From a virus (taxonomy: Duplodnaviria > Caudoviricetes): a stretch of 33,771 bases of DNA. This document shows positions 9,017-15,236 of the stretch, piece after piece. How positions within the stretch are numbered: the first letter of the stretch is position 1; each line of letters opens with the position of its first letter. A model generated the notes under the pieces. It was given only the letters and a program-made list of their open reading frames with translations, was not told the DNA's origin and searched no databases. The DNA lies in IMG/VR virus record IMGVR_UViG_3300020460_000034, positions 1-33,771 of that record. One strand, written 5' to 3'. The position numbers were made by a program, and so were the translations under genes.

Positions 9017-9622
9017 CTCACCAACCATTATTGGTACGTCCCAGAGGCGCTAACCCCACAGCAGTGCGACGAGATCCAACACTTAGCTGCGGAAAAAACT
9101 GTAGTCGAAGGGATTCATTTCGGGGCGGAAGTAGACCATCGGAGATCTCAGATTTCTTGGATCTACGATAAAGAACCCAACGAGCTAGTCGGCGCTTGGA
9201 TCCGTCAAGCAAACAAAGAAGCAGGCTGGTACTACGACCTACAAATACCAGAGGCACTTCAATACACCAGATACCAAACTGGTCAATTTTACGACTGGCA
9301 TATTGACGGAAACCAAGATCAATACGCCGCCCGAAAGCTGGTCGCCCAGGCACCCAACCCAATTCCGTTAAACGTAACACCATTCCCCGAATTCCAAGGC
9401 ACCGTCAGAAAACTCTCCGCTACCGTCAACCTCTCCGACCCCACAACCTACGAAGGCGGAGAACTTCAACTTCGATGCTATGACCAAATGCATATTTTTA
9501 ACGAAGCCCCTCGAGGTTCCCTCGTTGTCTTTCCAAGTTACATAGAACATCAAGTCACACCAATCACATCTGGTGAACGTCACAGCGCAGTTATGTGGTT
9601 TAACGGATATCCCCTACGCTAA
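9014..9622 (+). CDS. 2OG-Fe(II) oxygenase (PKHD/prolyl-4-hydroxylase type)
   Basis: WHID (HxD), RKLS, YEGGEL, FPSYIEHQVTP and GERHSAVMW. Confidence 0.9.
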   Translation: MLTNHYWYVPEALTPQQCDEIQHLAAEKTVVEGIHFGAEVDHRRSQISWIYDKEPNELVGAWIRQANKEAGWYYDLQIPEALQYTRYQTGQFYDWHIDGNQDQYAARKLVAQAPNPIPLNVTPFPEFQGTVRKLSATVNLSDPTTYEGGELQLRCYDQMHIFNEAPRGSLVVFPSYIEHQVTPITSGERHSAVMWFNGYPLR

Positions 9623-9900
9623 CAACTCATATCTTTCCGCAACTGCTCCCACACAGACCACTGTTGCTCAGTCCACGTATGGTCAATCGCACTCATTAAC
9701 TGCGAACACTGAGGCCCATAACCAGGAACGAAATCAGTCCGCACTATAGGTGCAGGCTCTGAATCATCCCCAGACCAAAGCATCGTCACACCACTAATCG
9801 CAGCAATCAACGCAACCACAGCAGCCGTAATAGCCTTAATGATTTTTTTAACAGCTTCAGACCAAACATCAGCTTTTTCAGCAACATCTTCTATAGACAA
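9619..9900 (-). CDS. Small membrane protein
   Basis: One hydrophobic helix (AITAAVVALIAAISGVTMLW); TTG start with AAGGGGG RBS. Confidence 0.6.
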   Translation of the reverse strand: MSIEDVAEKADVWSEAVKKIIKAITAAVVALIAAISGVTMLWSGDDSEPAPIVRTDFVPGYGPQCSQLMSAIDHTWTEQQWSVWEQLRKDMSC

Positions 9901-9909
9901 AACGCCCCC

Positions 9910-10062
9910 TTATTGACAAGATTCACACACCTCAACATCATCTAACCCACACTCCAACGGCTCATCATCCAAAAACGGATCAATTAACAAATCAGGCCGC
10001 TCCCCCATTTCCTCGAGCTGCATCCACATACCGTCATCCCGTAAATCCTGCAACTCAGTCAC
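9910..10062 (-). CDS. 50-aa acidic microprotein ending ECGLDDVEVCESCQ
   Basis: Below the ORF-track cutoff. GTG start overlaps the terS end with GGAG upstream, and the ORF fills the gap: MTELQDLRDDGMWMQLEEMGERPDLLIDPFLDDEPLECGLDDVEVCESCQ. Confidence 0.7.
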   Translation of the reverse strand: MTELQDLRDDGMWMQLEEMGERPDLLIDPFLDDEPLECGLDDVEVCESCQ

Positions 10063-10504
10063 CCTGCAACTCCACCATCAGCTGCTCCAACTCAGCCGCA
10101 AGCTCCGCATCCGACATACCAGACGCATCACGCTCATCATCAACCACAACACGCCGCTTCGGCGTGAACTTATCTATGTACTGCAAATACAACGTCGCAG
10201 CCTTAACATCCCCATCAGCCGCCTGTTTAAAAAGCGCATCTACAACAGCCTGTGTTCGCTCAGGGTGAACATTTAGTTCAGCTGCCCTACGGTCCCACTC
10301 ACGAATAAAACGAGAATCAGCCTTCCAACGACGAACAGTACGCTCATTCACACCATTCTCGACAGCCCACTCCTTCTGAGTGGCAGGCTCACGAACCTCC
10401 GACAACAACCAATCCAAAAACTCAGACCAATCAGACGGCATTACCTTCTCACCCGAATCAGGGTCAGTCGTCCAACCACGTCCACCACCATTCTGCGGCA
10501 TCAC
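10055..10504 (-). CDS. terS: Terminase small subunit (HTH)
   Basis: TQKEWAVENGVNERTVRRWK HTH, ALFKQAADGDVKAATLYL helix, first gene of the packaging operon, AGGAGG RBS. Confidence 0.7.
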   Translation of the reverse strand: MMPQNGGGRGWTTDPDSGEKVMPSDWSEFLDWLLSEVREPATQKEWAVENGVNERTVRRWKADSRFIREWDRRAAELNVHPERTQAVVDALFKQAADGDVKAATLYLQYIDKFTPKRRVVVDDERDASGMSDAELAAELEQLMVELQGD

Positions 10505-10507
10505 TAC

Positions 10508-10534
10508 CTCCTACAAAAAGAAACGAATGTCCCA
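10508..10534 (-). promoter_or_regulatory. Putative late-promoter motif before terS
   Basis: TGGGACA-TTCGTTTCTTTT-TGTAGGAG. Confidence 0.6.
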
Positions 10535-10542
10535 AACCCAAA

Positions 10543-10569
10543 TGGGACACCAACTACTATATATAGAAG
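10543..10569 (+). promoter_or_regulatory. Putative late-promoter motif, divergent copy
   Basis: TGGGACA-CCAACTACTATA-TATAGAAG, back-to-back with the terS copy. Confidence 0.55.
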
Positions 10570-10571
10570 AG

Positions 10572-10614
10572 GGGGGGAGAGGAGAACTGCCCCCAGCAGT
10601 TCTCCTCTCCCCCC
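10572..10614. repeat. Perfect 19-bp inverted repeat
   Basis: GGGGGGAGAGGAGAACTGC-CCCCA-GCAGTTCTCCTCTCCCCCC. Confidence 0.9.
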
Positions 10615-10810
10615 ACCCGCCCCTCATTGTATTGCCTATGCAAGAATACGCAAGGAAATACATGAAGGAAAAGAAGGCGAAACGAAAACTTTCCCCGCAA
10701 CGGGAATTGATATCTATACATATACGCGGGAACCTGGCCTAGGGGGGGCCTGTGTACCCCCGTCTGCGTTTGCGTGCGTCGAGCTGCCGCTGTCAAGCTG
10801 TTCGCTGTTC

Positions 10811-10826
10811 CCGAACGTTTGTTCGA
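10811..10826. promoter_or_regulatory. LexA (SOS) box-like site, Gram-positive/actinobacterial type
   Basis: CCGAAC-GTTT-GTTCGA versus the consensus TCGAAC-N4-GTTCGA. Confidence 0.55.
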
Positions 10827-10969
10827 TTGTCCAGGCGTCCGCGTTTACGCGCATCCGCGGGCCCGCGTGGCGTAGTGATTGGCATCGTTCCGATAGTCGT
10901 TTCGTTATTGGTGCGCGGACGTATGCGGTAGGCGCGTAACCCATCTTCTCTATGTTTCGTTAATAGCTC

Positions 10970-10999
10970 TTGACAAGTTTGCGCAAATAATGGTTAAAT
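10970..10999 (+). promoter_or_regulatory. Sigma70-type early promoter
   Basis: TTGACA at 10970-10975; imperfect -10 region TGGTTAAAT; upstream of the first early gene. Confidence 0.55.
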
Positions 11000-11035
11000 G
11001 GTTCTACGCGCCAATCCAACGGAAGCGCTACGGTT

Positions 11036-11052
11036 TCTAGAATGATTCTAGA
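11036..11052. repeat. Palindromic element copy 1
   Basis: TCTAGAA-TGA-TTCTAGA. Confidence 0.9.
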
Positions 11053-11143
11053 TCCGTGTACCTTGAAAACTGAATAACGCTAGAAGACTACGAAGAACGC
11101 TTTTGGCGTTATTCGGTTCTCACTAACTAACAGGGAGAATGCT

Positions 11144-11974
11144 ATGTCGAAAGATATAGAGTCTGAAATGCAAGAAGCCGAACCTACCGCGGGTGATATT
11201 GCGATAGGCGAAGTAGTAGCGCTGAATGCGGATCGTTTAGCGATTGGCAAAACCGCTAGCGATAAGGCGTGGGAATTTGCAAACAAAGTATTTGACGCTT
11301 TTACCGAATTCGGAAAGACAAAGAGCGCTTTTGCAAAAGTTGACAAGAAACGTCCGTTTCATGCGCAACTAGTTCTAGCCAGTGCACCTAATGGCGCTTT
11401 AAATGAATGGCCATCAGATAGCAGTAAGGCCGCTTCTACTGTCCAATATTGTCAAAAGCTAATTAGGGCCGCGGCGCTTATGGCGCCCGATTCTATGGCA
11501 GAATTTCGTAGTGAAATTCTGTTATCGGAAGCGATAACAATGTCTAGCTTTTGTACTAAGGCGAAAGATGCGGATACCGTTCGCAACCTAATTACAAGTA
11601 GGCATAACGCTAGTGATTGGCGAGAAGATGGGGCCGCTAATGCTTCGGCGATTAAGACGGCCGCTAGGGAAACTCTAGGGCTGTCTAATCCTAGACCGCC
11701 TAGCGGTAACGACAGCGGTAACGGTAACGATGACGGTAACGATGACGATTCGGAAGAATCTGTTGAACTGTCGAACATTGCCATTCTTAACGAAGCGGCA
11801 ATACTGCTTACTATGTACAACGGTTTAACCCAATCCGAAAACGTGAAACTTTCGGACGATGTAACCGAAGCTATTGCGAACCTAACTGGTGTCGTGTTGG
11901 CGAACATTTCAGACATACCAGAATTCTTAGACCAATCCGAACTTACGGAAATGGCCGAAGAACTAACCGAATAA
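11144..11974 (+). CDS. First early protein, hypothetical, with an acidic low-complexity linker
   Basis: 276 aa, AGGGAG RBS, GNDSGNGNDDGNDDD tract, followed by a terminator. Confidence 0.75.
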   Translation: MSKDIESEMQEAEPTAGDIAIGEVVALNADRLAIGKTASDKAWEFANKVFDAFTEFGKTKSAFAKVDKKRPFHAQLVLASAPNGALNEWPSDSSKAASTVQYCQKLIRAAALMAPDSMAEFRSEILLSEAITMSSFCTKAKDADTVRNLITSRHNASDWREDGAANASAIKTAARETLGLSNPRPPSGNDSGNGNDDGNDDDSEESVELSNIAILNEAAILLTMYNGLTQSENVKLSDDVTEAIANLTGVVLANISDIPEFLDQSELTEMAEELTE

Positions 11975-11980
11975 ACAAAC

Positions 11981-12028
11981 ACGAGAGTGCCACCCGAAAG
12001 GGTGGCATTTTCGCGTTCCTTTATTTTT
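11981..12028 (+). terminator. Intrinsic terminator
   Basis: GAGAGTGCCACCC-GAAA-GGGTGGCATTTTC followed by a T-rich tract. Confidence 0.8.
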
Positions 12029-12073
12029 GGTGATTAGTCGTCGAGACTAATTTCCTTTTTTTAGGTTCGAATT

Positions 12074-12090
12074 TCTAGAATCGTTCTAGA
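12074..12090. repeat. Palindromic element copy 2 (inverted core)
   Basis: TCTAGAA-TCG-TTCTAGA. Confidence 0.9.
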
Positions 12091-12091
12091 T

Positions 12092-12295
12092 GTGATGAAG
12101 GAGGTAAATGGGATGGATGACGGAATTTGGTTGTGTTCTGTCTGGATTGTCTGTTGTGTCGCTAGTTGGGGAATAACTGAGCTTTGTATCTGGTTTTCTC
12201 AGCTCATGCGATGGAGAAGAGAAACCAGGCCGAGAGGTCCAGCCTATTGGGATGCGATGTTGCAAAATGAAAGGAGCAGTGATGGCCACTGTTAA
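12092..12295 (+). CDS. Small hypothetical membrane protein
   Basis: Hydrophobic segment; the AAGGAGGT RBS suggests the real start is slightly downstream. Confidence 0.5.
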   Translation: MMKEVNGMDDGIWLCSVWIVCCVASWGITELCIWFSQLMRWRRETRPRGPAYWDAMLQNERSSDGHC

Positions 12296-12422
12296 GGAAG
12301 AGATCGAGGCCATGATGAGATGGCATGCGATGACTGATGCTGAAGTGTCAGCGTTGCGGGATGTCTATCTGTCGAAGGTTAGAACTTTGGAAGGAATTCT
12401 GAAGGGTAGGGAGAAAGGATGA
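12282..12422 (+). CDS. 46-aa hypothetical protein
   Basis: Hand-translated MATVKEEIEAMMRWHAMTDAEVSALRDVYLSKVRTLEGILKGREKG; AAGGAG RBS; ATGA overlap with the next gene. Confidence 0.6.
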   Translation: MATVKEEIEAMMRWHAMTDAEVSALRDVYLSKVRTLEGILKGREKG

Positions 12423-12703
12423 CTGAAACGTTTACTAGATGGACGTTGGGTGGCGAGTTGGTGCCCGACGAACGGTCACCTAACTATGAGCAGGAGATGC
12501 GTGATTGGAACGCCTGCCAGATATGTGATGAGGTCACTTCTACGGGAGATCGAGTGTATGAGTGGATTCCTGAGGAGTCTAGGTCTGTTCGGATGTGTTC
12601 GCCTTGTTGGCGTACATGGCGAGATGGACGGTTAAACATGGATCGGTTATTGGATAACGCTCTGATTGTTGTGGCGTTACTGAATGGAAAGGAAAGACAA
12701 TGA
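12419..12703 (+). CDS. Hypothetical zinc-ribbon protein
   Basis: CQIC...CSPC; ATGA overlaps at both ends. Confidence 0.65.
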   Translation: MTETFTRWTLGGELVPDERSPNYEQEMRDWNACQICDEVTSTGDRVYEWIPEESRSVRMCSPCWRTWRDGRLNMDRLLDNALIVVALLNGKERQ

Positions 12704-12978
12704 CTGAGAATGAGGTAAACGAGATGATGGGCTCTTGGCCTGTCGGTGCCACGGTCAAGAAGACTCGCGGCATGACTGCTGAAGAAGCAGAACGAGCTGG
12801 ATGGGAGCACCCTGTCGATTGGATGGATGTGACGGTCATCGAGTTTGAGGATGGTGGCATTATGTATCCTTCGCGTGATGGTGAGGGTAATGGTGGTGGC
12901 GTTCTTTTCGGAGAGTGCCCGCAGCTGCCAGGGAGCAGCCTGTCCTTCTATCCTGTCCGTGGGGACGCTAACGTCTAG
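12700..12978 (+). CDS. Hypothetical protein
   Basis: 92 aa, translationally coupled to the upstream gene; stop codon lies inside palindrome copy 3. Confidence 0.7.
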   Translation: MTENEVNEMMGSWPVGATVKKTRGMTAEEAERAGWEHPVDWMDVTVIEFEDGGIMYPSRDGEGNGGGVLFGECPQLPGSSLSFYPVRGDANV

Positions 12979-12990
12979 AACCATTCTAGA
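12974..12990. repeat. Palindromic element copy 3
   Basis: TCTAGAA-CCA-TTCTAGA. Confidence 0.9.
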
Positions 12991-13003
12991 AGTTAAGGCG
13001 TAC

Positions 13004-13033
13004 TTGACAACACCACTAAAACTAAGGTAGTTT
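13004..13033 (+). promoter_or_regulatory. Sigma70-type promoter
   Basis: TTGACA-N18-TAGTTT, just after palindrome 3. Confidence 0.55.
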
Positions 13034-13053
13034 TTTAATGGCGAAAGGGAGAG

Positions 13054-13242
13054 ATGCCAAACTATTGTTTCGTAACCACAAAAACCACAATCTCCACTGA
13101 CGAAATCGAAGCTGACACTCTAGATGCAGCAATCGAGCAGTACTTAGATGATGGAGTGCAGGACCCAGACCCAATGGTCGAAACGAAGGTCGCTGCAATA
13201 GTGGAAGGTAGTGATCTCAGAATTGAGATCACAGACATATAG
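13054..13242 (+). CDS. Small acidic hypothetical protein
   Basis: 62 aa, AAGGGAG RBS. Confidence 0.65.
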   Translation: MPNYCFVTTKTTISTDEIEADTLDAAIEQYLDDGVQDPDPMVETKVAAIVEGSDLRIEITDI

Positions 13243-13290
13243 GTTTCCATCGGATGATGGGATAAGAATGCCTCACGAAGGGAGAACCAG

Positions 13291-13893
13291 ATGGGGTATC
13301 ACATTTATCTGGTAGGCAGCAACGCTGTCATACCAGCCAAACACATAAAGAAAGCTGAGAATGCTCTTCGAGCGCTCAATTTCGATAACACCCTGAAATG
13401 GGCAGGAAGGTATGGGGGAGACAGCAAGTTTGAGGAGCTTAAGTGTTCAGGGGAGCCTCATGAAGACACTTGGTTTAGCTGGATGCCGTGGAACTACCAC
13501 GACAAATCTGTTTGCCCAGACCTAGAGTCCATTATTGAGATGATTGGCTTTGAGCCCAAAATCCATGATGGCACTAAGGAATGCTGCCATTGGCACTACC
13601 AAGAGGATCTATGGCCTGAAACCGAAGATGGCAAACAACCGAAACCCAAAACCTGTTTCTACGGGAAGGGCACTTTGTCTTTCAATCACTTCGAAGGCAA
13701 GATTGGCTCTGAATATCTGTTCTTTCGCGTTGCTTTAGCTCCTTACATCGAGGCCACTGACCCCAAGAAACTCCCCTACATGGAATGGCGAGGCGAAGAT
13801 GACGCTCACTGGCGTTGGATCTTCAAGAATAAGAAGCTCTACAGCCAAGAGGCCAAAGTGGTCTGGGATGAGGCGTTAGCAGACCACGACTAG
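13291..13893 (+). CDS. Hypothetical phage protein
   Basis: 200 aa, AAGGGAG RBS, WFSWM and EWRGEDDAHWRW motifs. Confidence 0.75.
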   Translation: MGYHIYLVGSNAVIPAKHIKKAENALRALNFDNTLKWAGRYGGDSKFEELKCSGEPHEDTWFSWMPWNYHDKSVCPDLESIIEMIGFEPKIHDGTKECCHWHYQEDLWPETEDGKQPKPKTCFYGKGTLSFNHFEGKIGSEYLFFRVALAPYIEATDPKKLPYMEWRGEDDAHWRWIFKNKKLYSQEAKVVWDEALADHD

Positions 13894-13933
13894 ATCTCCT
13901 TCAACTGTGAAGGGGTAAAACAGGAGGAAAGGT

Positions 13934-14113
13934 ATGGACCCTCCTTCTAGGCAGGAATTCATTCAATCAGTCAGAGATGTCATGGAAGCTGCTGATGTTG
14001 TTAGTCGATCTGCCGCTGCTTTCCGAGAGAAAGCGGCCGCTTTGATTATCGATGTGGCTTTCGGACGGGTCGATGTGCCCAACGCTGATTGGTTTGATGA
14101 AGACCGTGCATAG
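13934..14113 (+). CDS. 59-aa hypothetical protein
   Basis: Hand-translated MDPPSRQEFIQSVRDVMEAADVV...WFDEDRA; AGGAGG RBS. Confidence 0.65.
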   Translation: MDPPSRQEFIQSVRDVMEAADVVSRSAAAFREKAAALIIDVAFGRVDVPNADWFDEDRA

Positions 14114-14128
14114 CTAAGGGCTCCTCGG

Positions 14129-14145
14129 TCTAGAACGATTCTAGA
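14129..14145. repeat. Palindromic element copy 4
   Basis: TCTAGAA-CGA-TTCTAGA inside a longer stem at 14118-14156. Confidence 0.9.
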
Positions 14146-14203
14146 TCGAGTGGCCCGAAGGTGTGCATGAGTACACCAATTACAATTGAATAGGAGAATA
14201 CCA

Positions 14204-15208
14204 ATGGTAAGAACCTTCGAAGTAGGTGAATACCCTGCAATGGGTACCGCTGACCGAGAAACCTCTACCAACGTGGTGGATGCCGCCCTCGACGCAGATG
14301 CTTTGTTTGAGGTGAAGACCGAACCACTTTCCCTACCCAGTGGAAAAATTCCATTGATTAAATCAGGGAAGTATAAGGATCAGCCTAAGCGAAACATTCT
14401 TTACAGGGAGTCTAGGGGAGGCGATGACGAAGATGTGTTCCTGAATGTGGTTCACCCTTCTCATCCGACCTCTAACTATAAGCAGCTCTGTGAAACTGCT
14501 GAGGCTTTATTTCCAGGCACATGCACTGGATTCAAATGTCTTGATGAGGGCAGAAGGATCATCTTTACTCAACAGATAGGAGAAGAAGTTGATCTAGGAG
14601 ATGGGGATTTCATTGCCCCTAATCTGATGTGGGCTGCATCACTAGACTCGAGCTTTCCTTCATTGGGGATGCATTACCTTCATAGGTTGTGGTGCATGAA
14701 CCAAGAACGCATTGCTGATGTGATGTTTAAGGTGAAGCGTACCACTCGGCATGATCAGATCTTGTTGGAGCGGTCCACGATTCTGGCTCAATCCATGAAT
14801 GTCTTGCAGCACTTCATTAAGCATGCCACGTTTCTGAGGCAGATTAAGGTGTCGAATTCTGAGTTTGAGAGAATGCTAGCTAGCGTTGTCCCGAAACCAG
14901 AAGAACGTTTCAACGATGAGGGAGATCTGATTCCCAACACTCGAGCCATTAATGCATGGGAGAAGAAGCGTTCTGCAATTCGGTACTACTACAAGGAAGA
15001 GCAGGATGGTCCCGCACCTGGCACTGCTTGGGCAGTGTGGAACGCTGTCCAATCAGCAGAGAGTCATGAGCTGACTAAATCTGCTGATCCTGAGAAGCAG
15101 ATAATTAAGCAGGTTGATCAGTTGCGGAGTCTTGATTATCCGATAACCAATGCATTCCACGACAAGTTAATACACCTTGACAACATAAGGTACGATGCTT
15201 TAGTCTAG
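14204..15208 (+). CDS. DUF932-family phage/plasmid protein
   Basis: RLWCMNQ and GTAWAVWNAVQSAESH motifs; ATG 14204 follows AGGAG. Confidence 0.7.
   Translation: MVRTFEVGEYPAMGTADRETSTNVVDAALDADALFEVKTEPLSLPSGKIPLIKSGKYKDQPKRNILYRESRGGDDEDVFLNVVHPSHPTSNYKQLCETAEALFPGTCTGFKCLDEGRRIIFTQQIGEEVDLGDGDFIAPNLMWAASLDSSFPSLGMHYLHRLWCMNQERIADVMFKVKRTTRHDQILLERSTILAQSMNVLQHFIKHATFLRQIKVSNSEFERMLASVVPKPEERFNDEGDLIPNTRAINAWEKKRSAIRYYYKEEQDGPAPGTAWAVWNAVQSAESHELTKSADPEKQIIKQVDQLRSLDYPITNAFHDKLIHLDNIRYDALV
15177..15206 (+). promoter_or_regulatory. Sigma70-type promoter overlapping palindrome 5
   Basis: TTGACA-N18-TAGTCT. Confidence 0.5.
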
Positions 15209-15220
15209 AACGATTCTAGA
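15204..15220. repeat. Palindromic element copy 5
   Basis: TCTAGAA-CGA-TTCTAGA, containing the DUF932 stop codon. Confidence 0.9.
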
Positions 15221-15236
15221 GAAGGGAGAGAGCGTT

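Noticed and set aside
9014-9622. Oxygenase as a TET/JBP 5mC hydroxylase partnering the methyltransferase
   Set aside because: Its motifs (RKLS, YEGGEL, FPS..H.V.P) are PKHD/P4H-type, and it is not linked to the methyltransferase.
10380-10944. ORF-track entries 10380-10742(+), 10557-10796(-) and 10714-10944(-)
   Set aside because: No RBS or recognisable motifs, and they cross hairpins and regulatory motifs; the region is treated as non-coding.
11036-15220. Palindromic repeats as a CRISPR array or eukaryotic heat-shock elements
   Set aside because: They are separated by ~1 kb of genes, not 30-40 nt spacers. The GAA-N3-TTC spacing differs from the HSE GAA-N2-TTC, and the context is a phage.
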